A stretch of 64,000 nucleotides of DNA from Chitinophaga pinensis (GTDB lineage Bacteria; Bacteroidota; Bacteroidia; Chitinophagales; Chitinophagaceae), in contig CALRKF020000002.1 of assembly GCA_943367825.1 (NCBI GenBank), positions 54,249-118,248 of the forward strand, in the 5' to 3' direction. The notes under the pieces were generated by a model that made no database searches, was not told the origin of the DNA, and saw nothing but the letters and a program-made list of their open reading frames with translations. Numbering within the stretch: position 1 is the first letter of the stretch; each line of letters opens with the position of its first letter. Positions 19,525 through 29,136 of the stretch are shown one piece after another. The translations under genes were made by a program, and so were the position numbers.

Positions 19525-20223
19525 TCAAGTAAATAGCTCCACATAAAGCCAAACCACTGGAGTTGCAATGAGCAAACTATCAAATCGGTCTAAAAATCCT
19601 CCATGCCCTGGCATTATATTCCCACTATCTTTTACATTGGCCATTCGCTTTAATTTACTTTCAATTAAATCGCCAATAGTGCCGAATACTGCAGCAATGG
19701 CTGCAGCAATAAAATAGTGATAAGATGCTGGCAAATAATTTCTTCCATATTGAGTGCCCAGCCAGCCCATCAATAGAGCGCACAATAATGCACCACCAAT
19801 GGTTCCTTCCCATGTTTTTTTAGGAGATATTTTACTGAAAGGGGTTTTGCCAATCAAGGAACCTACAAAATAGGCCATCGTATCATTCACCCACATACAA
19901 GCAATGATAAAAATAGGCATGACCAAATATTGTAGTGCATCATAATTTATTGTAATTGTAAGGGATAAATACTCAAGCCTAAAAGCAATCAAAAGCAATA
20001 CCGGTAGTGTGATATAAACGATACCAAGTCCAAGATATTTCCAGTAATTTTTACGATCGATTATTTTCAGCAATTTGACAAATTCATACCAACACCCGAA
20101 ATGAATAATTGCAAAAAGCACAACAAAACTTGTTGCATTCAACAAAAGACCCAATGCCATCAGTAATACAAATACCAATGCAGATAGTGACCTAGTTTTT
20201 AAAGTTTGAATATTTAATGCCAT
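19525..20223 (-). CDS. cdsA: Phosphatidate cytidylyltransferase
   Basis: WVNDTMAYFVG, ISPKKTWEG, GDLIESKLKR..KDSG..PGHGGFLDRFDS. Confidence 0.96.
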   Translation of the reverse strand: MALNIQTLKTRSLSALVFVLLMALGLLLNATSFVVLFAIIHFGCWYEFVKLLKIIDRKNYWKYLGLGIVYITLPVLLLIAFRLEYLSLTITINYDALQYLVMPIFIIACMWVNDTMAYFVGSLIGKTPFSKISPKKTWEGTIGGALLCALLMGWLGTQYGRNYLPASYHYFIAAAIAAVFGTIGDLIESKLKRMANVKDSGNIMPGHGGFLDRFDSLLIATPVVWLYVELFT

Positions 20224-20229
20224 ACAATA

Positions 20230-21213
20230 TTATTCATATGCTGCAAATGGATTGGCAGCTTCCAATAATTGATTTTCTTTTGCAATGATGGCTGTTTTAC
20301 GGGAAAAACTCTGGTGCTTATAAAATAAAAATAAGCTTATGAGTATTGTTCCAGTAATTGCCAAACTCCAAACTGGCAAAACGGTATCAACATTACCCAG
20401 TCCTGATTTAACAGCATGTGTATTTGTATAAAACAATCCTGCCAAGGCCAGTAAATTATTAATAAAATGCGCCAGAATACTTACCCACAAATTTTGACTA
20501 TAATAAAATAGAAGGCCTAGTGCAAAACCTAAAACCAGGCGACTTAAAAACAGATAGTAAGACCCATGAATAAGGCTAAATAAAATAGAAACAAATAATA
20601 TTGCCAATAGTGGCCTTTTCCACCAACGTACCAATAAATTTTGCAAGACGCCTCTGAAAAATAACTCCTCAAACAAAGCAGGCAAAAAAGCTACTATAAA
20701 AATGGCGGCAAAAAACTGCGACCAGGTTTTCAAAGCACTCATACTGCCTATGGCTTTTTTATACAATTCTTCAGCCTCTTTGCCCAATTTATCCCATGCT
20801 GGAAAATGTTGTAAAATACTTTTAGTGATTTGCTCAAACGGGGCCGCAAAATAATTGGCAATAAAAATGATTCCGAATGCAATCAGTACCTGTGTGAGAT
20901 TGAATTGCTTATTAAACCCCACCCAAAAAAACTTTTTATGACAAACCAATACAAACAATAAGGCTGGAATAAACAACATCGCCATGGTACCAAATACCTG
21001 GGTTAACTGCGCATAATTTTCATTTCCGGGAAGCATTAATGCATCAAAGCCAGCCTTCACTTTATCTTGCCAGGGCAAATTACTGGGACCTAATGCCTTT
21101 AGCGCAAAAAAATATTGAATCATTGCAGCCAGCACCATGCCAAATCCTGTAAAGGCAGTAATGATTCCCAATTGACTCCAGCCTGTATAACCCTTTACTG
21201 ACTTGTATTGCAT
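20230..21213 (-). CDS. CPBP (CAAX/Abi) family intramembrane metalloprotease
   Basis: EELFFRG, FSLIH and ILAHFINN motifs; multiple TM helices. Confidence 0.92.
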   Translation of the reverse strand: MQYKSVKGYTGWSQLGIITAFTGFGMVLAAMIQYFFALKALGPSNLPWQDKVKAGFDALMLPGNENYAQLTQVFGTMAMLFIPALLFVLVCHKKFFWVGFNKQFNLTQVLIAFGIIFIANYFAAPFEQITKSILQHFPAWDKLGKEAEELYKKAIGSMSALKTWSQFFAAIFIVAFLPALFEELFFRGVLQNLLVRWWKRPLLAILFVSILFSLIHGSYYLFLSRLVLGFALGLLFYYSQNLWVSILAHFINNLLALAGLFYTNTHAVKSGLGNVDTVLPVWSLAITGTILISLFLFYKHQSFSRKTAIIAKENQLLEAANPFAAYE

Positions 21214-21299
21214 AATAATCTCTTATAAGTGTGTAAATTTACGGCAAATGTGGAGATAGTTCATGGTTCACAGAGGGACATAAAATTTATTAATGCAAT

Positions 21300-22340
21300 A
21301 TGGTCAAAATAGATAAAATAACACTTCCTGATTTTCCTTTATTACTAGCGCCGATGGAGGACGTTAGCGACCCGCCTTTCAGAGCTGTTTGTAAAGACAA
21401 GGGCGCCGACCTTATGTATACTGAATTTATATCCTCCGAAGGGTTGATTAGAGATGCTATAAAGAGTAGAAAAAAGCTGGATATTTTCGACTATGAACGA
21501 CCGGTAGGCATTCAGATTTTTGGAGGAGATGAAGAAAGCCTGTCTATGGCTGCCAAAATTGTAGAAGTTACTAACCCCGATTTATTAGACATCAACTTTG
21601 GTTGCCCTGTAAAAAAAGTGGCGCTTAAAGGAGCTGGAGCTGGGGTATTAAAGGACCTCGACCTAATGGTAAGACTTACCAGCGCTGTAGTAAAATCTAC
21701 TTCCTTGCCTGTAACTGTTAAAACCCGATTGGGTTGGGATGAGTATACCAAAAATATTGAAGAAGTTGCCGAAAGATTACAGGATGTGGGCATCAAGGCT
21801 TTGGCCATTCATGGACGTACACGTACTCAAATGTATAAAGGACAAGCCGATTGGGAACTGATTGGTAAAGTAAAAAATAATCCGCGCATCACAATCCCCA
21901 TTTTTGGCAATGGAGATATTGATAGCGCAGAAAAAGCAGTAGCCTATAAAAACAGGTATGGCGTAGATGGCATTATGATTGGAAGAGCCGCTATTGGTTA
22001 TCCCTGGATTTTTAATGAAATCAAACATTTCTATAAAACGGGGGAACACTTGCCAGCTCCAACGATAGAAGACCGTATTGCTGTTTGTAAAAAACATTTA
22101 CAACTGTCGTATGAATGGAAAGGACCCAAAGTGGGGATATTTGAAATGAGACGGCATTATACCAACTACTTAAAGGGAATGCCTGGCATCAAAGATTATC
22201 GCTATAAATTAGTCACACTAGGAAGCCTGGAAGAGATTAACGAAGTGCTGGATGAAATCGCCATCAAATACAAAGATTTTCAATTTGAAAAAACTGCTAT
22301 AGAATTAATTGACTACCACGAAAAATGCCCCATTAACTAA
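21300..22340 (+). CDS. dusB: tRNA dihydrouridine synthase DusB
   Basis: LAPMEDVSD, DINFGCP, GAG, VTVKTRLG, HGRT, GNGD and MIGRAA. Confidence 0.93.
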   Translation: MVKIDKITLPDFPLLLAPMEDVSDPPFRAVCKDKGADLMYTEFISSEGLIRDAIKSRKKLDIFDYERPVGIQIFGGDEESLSMAAKIVEVTNPDLLDINFGCPVKKVALKGAGAGVLKDLDLMVRLTSAVVKSTSLPVTVKTRLGWDEYTKNIEEVAERLQDVGIKALAIHGRTRTQMYKGQADWELIGKVKNNPRITIPIFGNGDIDSAEKAVAYKNRYGVDGIMIGRAAIGYPWIFNEIKHFYKTGEHLPAPTIEDRIAVCKKHLQLSYEWKGPKVGIFEMRRHYTNYLKGMPGIKDYRYKLVTLGSLEEINEVLDEIAIKYKDFQFEKTAIELIDYHEKCPIN

Positions 22341-22368
22341 TCGAATAAGTATAACATAAACATTGGAT

Positions 22369-23301
22369 ATGCAAACCATTCTTGGCTCTACTGGCATCAT
22401 CGGTACTGAATTAGCAAAAGCATTAGCAACTTATACCAATGAAATTAGATTGGTAAGTCGTCATCCCCAAAAAGTAAATGAACAGGATGAATTAGTAATA
22501 GCCAACTTATTAGATGCCGAAGAAACAGCAGCTGCAGTAAAAGGTTCCTCCATTGTTTACCTATGTGCCGGCCTGATTTACAAATACAGCATTTGGAAAA
22601 TAGAATGGCCTGTTATCATGAAAAATGTGGTAGATGCTTGCATTCAGCATAAAGCAAAACTTGTTTTTTTTGATAATGTGTATGCATATGGACCAGTAGC
22701 GGGTGCCATGAAAGAAAATACAGTTTTCCAGCCGACTAGCAAGAAAGGCCAGGTTAGGGCGGAAATTGCCAATATGATTTTAGCGGCTATACAAAATGGA
22801 AGCCTTACCGCACTAATCGCAAGGGCTCCAGAATTTTATGGTCCCGGCAAAACCAATAGTGGTGTAAATGCCACTGTATTTGATAATATTAAAAAAGGCA
22901 AAAGAATTCAATGGTTGGTAAACGACCAAGTAAAAAGAACAATGATATATACGCCTGATGCTGCTAGGGCTACTGCATTATTGGGAAATACTCCCACTGC
23001 TTATAATAAAACCTGGCACTTGCCCTGCAGTAATGAAGATATCAATGGGAAAAAATTCATAGCCCTCATCGGTGCCATGGAAGGCAAACCAATGCAGTAT
23101 ACCGTACTAAGCAAATGGATGATGCATTTAGCAGGGCTATTTATTCCTGCTGTAAAAGAATCTTTGGAATTAATGTACCAATTTGACCGGCCTTATGATT
23201 TCAATAGCGACCAATTTAAAAGTGCTTTTTCGGATTTCAAGATTACTACTTATCAAAAAGGTATTGAAGAAATATTGAAAGAAATTAAATCCAATCACTA
23301 A
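22369..23301 (+). CDS. NAD-dependent epimerase/dehydratase family (atypical SDR)
   Basis: ILGSTGIIG, FFDNVYAYG, SKKGQVR and RAPEFYGP. Confidence 0.85.
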   Translation: MQTILGSTGIIGTELAKALATYTNEIRLVSRHPQKVNEQDELVIANLLDAEETAAAVKGSSIVYLCAGLIYKYSIWKIEWPVIMKNVVDACIQHKAKLVFFDNVYAYGPVAGAMKENTVFQPTSKKGQVRAEIANMILAAIQNGSLTALIARAPEFYGPGKTNSGVNATVFDNIKKGKRIQWLVNDQVKRTMIYTPDAARATALLGNTPTAYNKTWHLPCSNEDINGKKFIALIGAMEGKPMQYTVLSKWMMHLAGLFIPAVKESLELMYQFDRPYDFNSDQFKSAFSDFKITTYQKGIEEILKEIKSNH

Positions 23302-23819
23302 CGCGGAGCATTAATCGTAAATTCTTTTAACCCCTTTAGGTAGATATGGCCTCTTTCTTCTGCAAAGAAATCAGCTACCAGCGCAATCATGGCCATTGCA
23401 GCAAGGCCAAGCCCCATCCCCTTCCAAAAAACTTGAAGTGGATTATTTTTGAAATACACAAAAAGAAGTATACCTGCTAATATCAATCCCATTTCAACAT
23501 AACGGTAAAGGACAAAGTTTTTCATCACCGTTTGCATACGCGGCAGTTCTTTATCTTTTAATTCAGATGGATTCATATCATAGGCATATACATTCCTGAT
23601 TCTGTCAGCATCTGATCTTTTAAACACGATAAAACCAACTATGGCTAATAATAAACCTATCACTAAAAGAGGAATAGCAGCACCTTTATAAAAGGGGGAT
23701 TTCACTACAAAATAGCAGGTGGCTGCTCCAACTACTCCAAACAGGCCAATTAAAACAAAAACCAAACTTTCTGCTTTTTCGGCAATAAAATATTTTTCGA
23801 TTTCAATTTTTGTAAGCAT
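23298..23819 (-). CDS. Hypothetical membrane protein (4 TM)
   Basis: Long ORF with four hydrophobic segments. ATG 23819 lies 3 nt after a perfect -7 element. Confidence 0.8.
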   Translation of the reverse strand: MLTKIEIEKYFIAEKAESLVFVLIGLFGVVGAATCYFVVKSPFYKGAAIPLLVIGLLLAIVGFIVFKRSDADRIRNVYAYDMNPSELKDKELPRMQTVMKNFVLYRYVEMGLILAGILLFVYFKNNPLQVFWKGMGLGLAAMAMIALVADFFAEERGHIYLKGLKEFTINAPR

Positions 23820-23872
23820 CCGCAAATTTAATTATTTCAAACTATTTGCCAGCAGTCAGAACTTAAATTAAA

Positions 23873-24553
23873 TTATTGCTCCACCGCGTTTTTCATATCG
23901 GTACCCATGGGCGTAATAGTAGGTCCAAAATAATTAACCAATCTTCCCTCCTCATCAATTAAGAATTTAGTGAAATTCCAGGAAGGCGCAGCATTATTCC
24001 ACCCGTTTTGGTTTGAGTTGGTTAGCCATTCAAAAACTGGATGCTGACCTGCTTTTTTAACTACAATGGACTTTTGCATCAGCGGAAATTTAACCCCAAA
24101 ATTCAAACGGCAAAAACTGGCTATCTCTTCATTGCTGCCCTTTTCTTGTTCTTTAAAATCATTGGCTGGAAATCCCAAGACAATTAATTTGCCTTGATAG
24201 CTATCCGATAATTTTTGCAAATCATCATATTGATTGGTATAACCACAATCACTGGCTGTATTTACTATTAATACCTTTTTACCTCGTAGCGTATTAAAAT
24301 CCAATTTTTCGCCATTGGTCAGCAAGGCCGACAATTGATAAAACGAAACCGGAGGGTTTTGTTTTGCACTCAGTATTTTGGAATTGCTCTTTGTAACCTT
24401 TGATAGCCACATAAAGGCCGGATAAACAGCCTTTAGTATTTTTTGCCTATATGTCATATTGATTGAATTTCGGTTGACCATCTCTACATAAGTAAAAAAA
24501 GCAACCAGTAATACAGTAATAACAATTAAAAAGCGCTTTAGTTTTTTACTCAT
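23873..24553 (-). CDS. Glutathione peroxidase-family (Cys-type) peroxidase with N-terminal anchor
   Basis: VNTASDCGYT, LGFPANDF..QE and WNFTKFL. The active-site codon is TGT. Confidence 0.93.
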   Translation of the reverse strand: MSKKLKRFLIVITVLLVAFFTYVEMVNRNSINMTYRQKILKAVYPAFMWLSKVTKSNSKILSAKQNPPVSFYQLSALLTNGEKLDFNTLRGKKVLIVNTASDCGYTNQYDDLQKLSDSYQGKLIVLGFPANDFKEQEKGSNEEIASFCRLNFGVKFPLMQKSIVVKKAGQHPVFEWLTNSNQNGWNNAAPSWNFTKFLIDEEGRLVNYFGPTITPMGTDMKNAVEQ

Positions 24554-24568
24554 CAGTTTACATTTACA

Positions 24569-25942
24569 TTAGCGAATGACCCATTTAAATAATTTTAATT
24601 TTCCTTTAAAAGGAGGATATTTTATGGAAGGATCAAACCAGGTGGGCGTTTTCATGATTGACTTTTGATGACTGAAACAATCAAATGATTTTTTACCATG
24701 ATATCCTCCCGTACCACTGAATCCTCTTCCGCCAAATGGCAAATGAGGATTGGTCAAATGCCAGCTCGCATTGTTTACACAACCGCCCCCAAAAGGAACT
24801 GCAGACAACCATTCTTTTTCTTTTGCAGTGCTGGAAGTAAAAATATAGAAGGCAAGTGGGTTCTTATGCTTTGCGATAATTTCCAATGCAGCGGCCTTGG
24901 TTGAAAATGAAATCAATGGCAAAATGGGCCCAAAAATTTCCTCCTTCATCAATTGTGCTTCTATTGATACCTCATCCATAATCGTTGGTTCAATAAACAA
25001 TTTGCTTCTGTCTGTTCTTCCTCCACACACAATTTTTCCTTCTGTTAAATAGGAAACCAGTCTATCAAATTGTTTTTCATTGATGATTTTTCCATAATTA
25101 TAACTATCCTCTGCATGCATGCTAAAAAACTGCTGTATTGTTTCGCACATGGCTTTTAACAAAGCGTCTTTTTTACTTTCATGGACCAATACATAATCGG
25201 GTGCCACACACATTTGACCAGCATTACTAAATTTGGTCATCACTATTCTTTTGGCTGCCACTTTAATATTGGCATCCGACTCTACAACACAGGGACTTTT
25301 ACCGCCCAATTCCAGCGTAACTGGCACCAGGTTTTCTGCCGCCATTTTATATATTATTTTTCCAACAGCCGTACTGCCTGTATAAAATACATGGTCGAAA
25401 GTAAATGCATTCATCATCGCAGGAATAACAGTAGCACCATCGCCTTCTGTAAATAAAATATATTCGGGTGCAAAATTTTGTTCTATTAGTTCTTTCATAA
25501 CGGCCCCTGTGGCAGGAGCAAATTCAGATGCTTTCACCACTATACAATTGCCTGCTGCAATAGCACCCGTTAATGGTGTAAATAATAATTGCAAAGGATA
25601 ATTCCAGGGACCAATAATCAACACTGTACCCAGCGGCTCCTTCATTACAAAACTCGAAGAAGGCATATTCAATAAATTGGTTGGCACCTGATCTGCCTGC
25701 ATCCATTCCTTTAAATGCTTTATGGTAAAATTAATTTCGCTGAGTAAAAATCCTGTTTCTGTAACCCATGACTCTTCCGGGCTCTTTTTTAAATCCTGAT
25801 AAAGGGCTGCATGAAAAGGAGCTTCACGTTCCAGCAAAGCTTTTCTTAATTTTTTCAACTGGGCAATACGGAAAGCATAGGACTTGGTTGCACCGGATTC
25901 AAAATAGCGTCGCATGGACTCCAACTGATTTATATCTGCCAT
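24569..25942 (-). CDS. Aldehyde dehydrogenase (family 3-like)
   Basis: PWNYP, FYTGST, LELGGKSP, NAGQMCVAPDY, EEIFGP and PFGG. Confidence 0.96.
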   Translation of the reverse strand: MADINQLESMRRYFESGATKSYAFRIAQLKKLRKALLEREAPFHAALYQDLKKSPEESWVTETGFLLSEINFTIKHLKEWMQADQVPTNLLNMPSSSFVMKEPLGTVLIIGPWNYPLQLLFTPLTGAIAAGNCIVVKASEFAPATGAVMKELIEQNFAPEYILFTEGDGATVIPAMMNAFTFDHVFYTGSTAVGKIIYKMAAENLVPVTLELGGKSPCVVESDANIKVAAKRIVMTKFSNAGQMCVAPDYVLVHESKKDALLKAMCETIQQFFSMHAEDSYNYGKIINEKQFDRLVSYLTEGKIVCGGRTDRSKLFIEPTIMDEVSIEAQLMKEEIFGPILPLISFSTKAAALEIIAKHKNPLAFYIFTSSTAKEKEWLSAVPFGGGCVNNASWHLTNPHLPFGGRGFSGTGGYHGKKSFDCFSHQKSIMKTPTWFDPSIKYPPFKGKLKLFKWVIR

Positions 25943-25948
25943 TAGAAC

Positions 25949-25956
25949 TAAATTTG
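25949..25956 (+). promoter_or_regulatory. -7 element TAAATTTG for tadA
   Basis: Exact match in the 38-nt divergent gap, 24 nt upstream of ATG 25981. Confidence 0.55.
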
Positions 25957-25980
25957 TCTCAAGTTAATAAATACAGCGGT

Positions 25981-26418
25981 ATGACAGACGAACAATACAT
26001 GCAATTGGCTTTACAGGAAGCACAAAAAGCCTTTGATGCAGGAGAAGTTCCCGTAGGCGCTATCATTGTGATGAACAATCGCATTATTGCCCGTGCACAC
26101 AATCAGGTAGAGCTATTAACTGATAGTACAGCACATGCGGAAATTATTGCCCTTACAACGGCCTTTCAATTTTTGGGTAGTAAATATTTGCCAGATGCTA
26201 CGCTATATGTTACCCTTGAGCCCTGCTTAATGTGTTGTGGTGCCTTGTATTGGAGTAAAATTGGAAAAATTGTATGGGCTGCATCAGACGAAAAAAATGG
26301 TTTCAAAAAAACTGCAGGAGATAAAAATCCCTTTCATCCCAAAACAACATTACTTAATGGAATACTAGCGGATGAATCGGCCAAGTTAATGAAGGATTTT
26401 TTTAAAGCCAGGCGATGA
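25981..26418 (+). CDS. tadA: tRNA adenosine(34) deaminase
   Basis: GEVPVGA, HAE and TLEPCLMC Zn motifs. Start 25981; the track's 25768 extension overlaps the aldehyde dehydrogenase gene. Confidence 0.88.
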   Translation: MTDEQYMQLALQEAQKAFDAGEVPVGAIIVMNNRIIARAHNQVELLTDSTAHAEIIALTTAFQFLGSKYLPDATLYVTLEPCLMCCGALYWSKIGKIVWAASDEKNGFKKTAGDKNPFHPKTTLLNGILADESAKLMKDFFKARR

Positions 26419-26420
26419 TA

Positions 26421-26762
26421 TTATTGAACCAATAATTTCTTCTTTAGATTGACCAAACCTTGTCGTACCATTAATGAATAAATCCCCGAAGGCCATGCAA
26501 ACATTATAGTTACTTGGTCGTTATCACCAATAACCCATCTTTCTTCCTCCCTTACTATTTGCCCTTGCGCATCAACGACTTTAATATATATTTTTCCTGC
26601 CGCAAAATGATTCAATGCCAATACTGTTTTGTTATGTGCAGGATTTGGGAAAATATTCAAATTGGCGCTTTTTTTAAGGTTACCCAAGACAGAATCCCTA
26701 CTCTGTGCATACAGGTTATTACCAACTATTATTCCTACTAATAATCCAATTACAAGTTTCAT
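26421..26762 (-). CDS. Small protein consisting almost entirely of a signal peptide plus a T9SS type A C-terminal sorting domain
   Basis: NLYA-Q signal, then IFPNP..DAQGQ..WPSGIYSL..KKLLVQ; 113 aa in total. Confidence 0.8.
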   Translation of the reverse strand: MKLVIGLLVGIIVGNNLYAQSRDSVLGNLKKSANLNIFPNPAHNKTVLALNHFAAGKIYIKVVDAQGQIVREEERWVIGDNDQVTIMFAWPSGIYSLMVRQGLVNLKKKLLVQ

Positions 26763-26828
26763 TATCCACCAACGAAAAAAATCCTTCTTTCGTTTTCAGG
26801 AAATTGTAATGTTTTCACAAAGGAATTG

Positions 26829-26859
26829 TTGATTTCTAAACCTTTCAAGCCTACTTTTG
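26829..26859 (+). promoter_or_regulatory. sod promoter (-33 TTG, -7 TACTTTTG)
   Basis: TTG at 26829-31, 20-nt spacer, TACTTTTG at 26852-59. Confidence 0.6.
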
Positions 26860-26890
26860 TTAATTCATTAAACAATTTAAAAAAATAATT

Positions 26891-27490
26891 ATGGCATTTA
26901 CTTTACCGGCGCTACCTTATGCATACGAAGCTTTGGAGCCCCATATAGACAGTACCACCATGCAAATCCATCATGGTAAACATCATCAAGCTTATGTTGA
27001 CAATCTGAATAAAGCCATTGCTGGCACTGAAAACGAACATAAAAGCATTGAGGAATTGGTAAAAAATGCAGGCAGCATTTCACCTGCAGTAAGAAATAAT
27101 GGAGGTGGTCATTGGAACCATAGTTTTTTCTGGGAAAGCCTGGCGCCCCATGCAGGTGGAGCTCCTACTGGAAAATTGGCAGAAGCCATTGATGCAGCTT
27201 TTGGCTCTTTTGAGGCATTTAAAGAAAAATTTGCAGCAGCTGGAATGACCCGCTTTGGTAGTGGTTGGGCTTGGTTGATTGTAAAAGATGGTAAACTGGA
27301 AGTTTCCTCAACCCCTAATCAAGATAACCCATTGATGGAAATTGCAGATGTAAAAGGCCAGCCTATTTTAGGTTGTGATGTTTGGGAACATGCATATTAC
27401 CTGAAATATCAAAATCGTAGAGCTGATTACCTTGCTGCATTTTGGAACCTGGTAAATTGGGATAAAGTAGCCGCTCGTTTCGGTCATTAA
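26891..27490 (+). CDS. sodA: Superoxide dismutase, Mn-type signature
   Basis: [33 protein letters not shown] and [14 protein letters not shown] residues indicate Mn or cambialistic metal use. Confidence 0.93.
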   Translation: MAFTLPALPYAYEALEPHIDSTTMQIHHGKHHQAYVDNLNKAIAGTENEHKSIEELVKNAGSISPAVRNNGGGHWNHSFFWESLAPHAGGAPTGKLAEAIDAAFGSFEAFKEKFAAAGMTRFGSGWAWLIVKDGKLEVSSTPNQDNPLMEIADVKGQPILGCDVWEHAYYLKYQNRRADYLAAFWNLVNWDKVAARFGH

Positions 27491-27512
27491 TCAAATACAA
27501 AATAATTAATAT

Positions 27513-27538
27513 AGCTGCCCTGAGGCAGCTTTTTTTTT
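27513..27538 (+). terminator. Intrinsic terminator of sod
   Basis: agctgcc-ctga-ggcagct followed by T8. Confidence 0.9.
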
Positions 27539-27576
27539 GCTTATCTTCAAATCGTAAATGCCACCAATTATTTTTT

Positions 27577-28137
27577 ATGATAAAACAAAGTCTACTTATT
27601 CTAGCTTTTTTTATGCTCAGCTCAATAGCATGGGCCGATGTTCCAGGAAAAAGAGAAATGAAATCATGTACTATCCGTATTCAAGGTATCGCTACTTTTA
27701 ATGACTATCGTTTTTATTATGTCAATAATTATGGTGAGGAAAAAAATCTATTTCGGACTGATACAAATTTAATAATACCTGGGAGTGGTGGTGCTCCGTT
27801 CAGTTTGTTTGTATGGGCAATCAACAACAAATCCAACAAATCAACTGATACCCTTGTATTTGATAATTATTATTCTCCCAATAAGGTAGTCACTATCAGA
27901 AAAATTGAAAACGATTCCATAAAGTTGGAGGAAAGCGAATTTAGCAATGACAATAAAATTGTAGAAACAGTAAACGACCAAGAAATTGTAAATAAAGACA
28001 TCGCAACGGAAGCAAAAAAAGCTGAAAAAAAACAAAGCGTCACTATATTCATTTTCGGTGCTATAGGCATAATTGCGCTGGGAGGGATTGCATGGCTTTA
28101 TATGCGTTTGAAAAAGAATAAACAAAAGACAATTTAG
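27577..28137 (+). CDS. Hypothetical exported protein with C-terminal membrane anchor
   Basis: Signal peptide ending IAWA, a beta-rich domain, then a C-terminal TM helix and basic tail (RLKKNKQK). Confidence 0.75.
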   Translation: MIKQSLLILAFFMLSSIAWADVPGKREMKSCTIRIQGIATFNDYRFYYVNNYGEEKNLFRTDTNLIIPGSGGAPFSLFVWAINNKSNKSTDTLVFDNYYSPNKVVTIRKIENDSIKLEESEFSNDNKIVETVNDQEIVNKDIATEAKKAEKKQSVTIFIFGAIGIIALGGIAWLYMRLKKNKQKTI

Positions 28138-28370
28138 GGTACCGGATCATGACCATGACTGCCCCATGGATGACAACGGGCAATCCTTTTAGCTGCCAGC
28201 CAAGTTCCTTTAATTGGTCCGTGTTTTTTCAATGCTTCTATCGCATAATGAGAACAAGTTGGCGTAAAACGACATTTGGGTCCCAACCAAGGAGATATTA
28301 TCAGTTGATACAACCTGATGATAAGAATAAAAGGAAAACTAGCTATTTGCTTCACTGTTTTCACTGGCAA
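28134..28370 (-). CDS. yidD: Membrane protein insertion efficiency factor YidD
   Basis: [32 protein letters not shown]. Confidence 0.95.
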   Translation of the reverse strand: MPVKTVKQIASFPFILIIRLYQLIISPWLGPKCRFTPTCSHYAIEALKKHGPIKGTWLAAKRIARCHPWGSHGHDPVP

Positions 28371-28752
28371 ATTTTATTAATCGTTTTAAAATAGATCCTG
28401 TTTTTTCGGAAACCTCGGAAGAATCAGGCAATACATTGCCGGTATAAATAATAAAAACCAACAAGGATAAGTGCTTCTTTTTTAATGTTGCTGTCAACTT
28501 GTTTTTTTGCAACCTATACGCTTCCCGCATCAATCTTTTAACGCGATTACGATCCACTGCCTTCTTAAAATATCGGGTACTAACGGAGAAGCCTGCCTGA
28601 AGAGAAGATGTCTCCTGGGCAGGTGCTTGAAGATATACTACCCGAAAAGGGAAATTGGAGAAAGATTTCCCCTCCTTAAATACCCGTTCAATATCCTTGC
28701 GACTTTTCAGTCTTTCGGTTTTGCCGAGTGTATATCGTTCAATAACTGTCAA
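28339..28752 (-). CDS. rnpA: Ribonuclease P protein component
   Basis: [15 protein letters not shown] and RNR motif [21 protein letters not shown] start. Confidence 0.93.
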   Translation of the reverse strand: MTVIERYTLGKTERLKSRKDIERVFKEGKSFSNFPFRVVYLQAPAQETSSLQAGFSVSTRYFKKAVDRNRVKRLMREAYRLQKNKLTATLKKKHLSLLVFIIYTGNVLPDSSEVSEKTGSILKRLIKFASENSEANS

Positions 28753-28760
28753 TACTACAA

Positions 28761-28793
28761 AATTAAAAAGTCCTGCTGAAGAACAGCAGGACT
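28761..28793 (-). terminator. Intrinsic terminator between rpmH and rnpA
   Basis: Minus strand agtcctgctg-ttctt-cagcaggact followed by ttttaatttt. Confidence 0.75.
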
Positions 28794-28833
28794 AAAGTAT
28801 ATAACCTCTCTATTATTCAAAAGAGGAATAGGT

Positions 28834-29001
28834 TTATTTTTTATCACCATGTTCGCTAGAAACAGTCAGTTTATGACGTCCTTTCTTACGGCGGCTTGCT
28901 AATACCTTACGGCCATTGGCTGATTCCATACGCTTACGAAAACCGTGAACAGTTTTTCTACGACGTTTATGTGGTTGATACGTTCTTTTTTTACCAGGCA
29001 T
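28834..29001 (-). CDS. rpmH: 50S ribosomal protein L34 (absent from ORF track)
   Basis: Manual translation: [55 protein letters not shown]. Confidence 0.97.
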   Translation of the reverse strand: MPGKKRTYQPHKRRRKTVHGFRKRMESANGRKVLASRRKKGRHKLTVSSEHGDKK

Positions 29002-29082
29002 TGTTTTAATTTTTTCCTTTTACAAAATAATTTTTCTAGAAACACCCACCAGGGCACCATCCCTGCTGTTTTGAAAGGACGG

Positions 29083-29090
29083 CAAAAGTA
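29083..29090 (-). promoter_or_regulatory. -7 element TACTTTTG for rpmH
   Basis: Exact match; the leader contains a caggg-atggtg-ccctg hairpin. Confidence 0.6.
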
Positions 29091-29136
29091 GGATAAAAAT
29101 GTTGATTTTAAATGGCTAATAAGGATTTTTTTAGCC

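Noticed and set aside
23873-24553. Selenocysteine in the glutathione peroxidase
   Set aside because: The active-site codon is TGT (Cys) and the ORF is uninterrupted.
25768-25980. N-terminal extension of tadA in the ORF track
   Set aside because: Overlaps the aldehyde dehydrogenase gene antisense; a -7 element and ATG 25981 give a normal-length TadA.
29002-29136. oriC next to rpmH-rnpA-yidD
   Set aside because: No dnaA/dnaN/yidC nearby and no cluster of TTATCCACA-type boxes seen; the upstream gene is murI.
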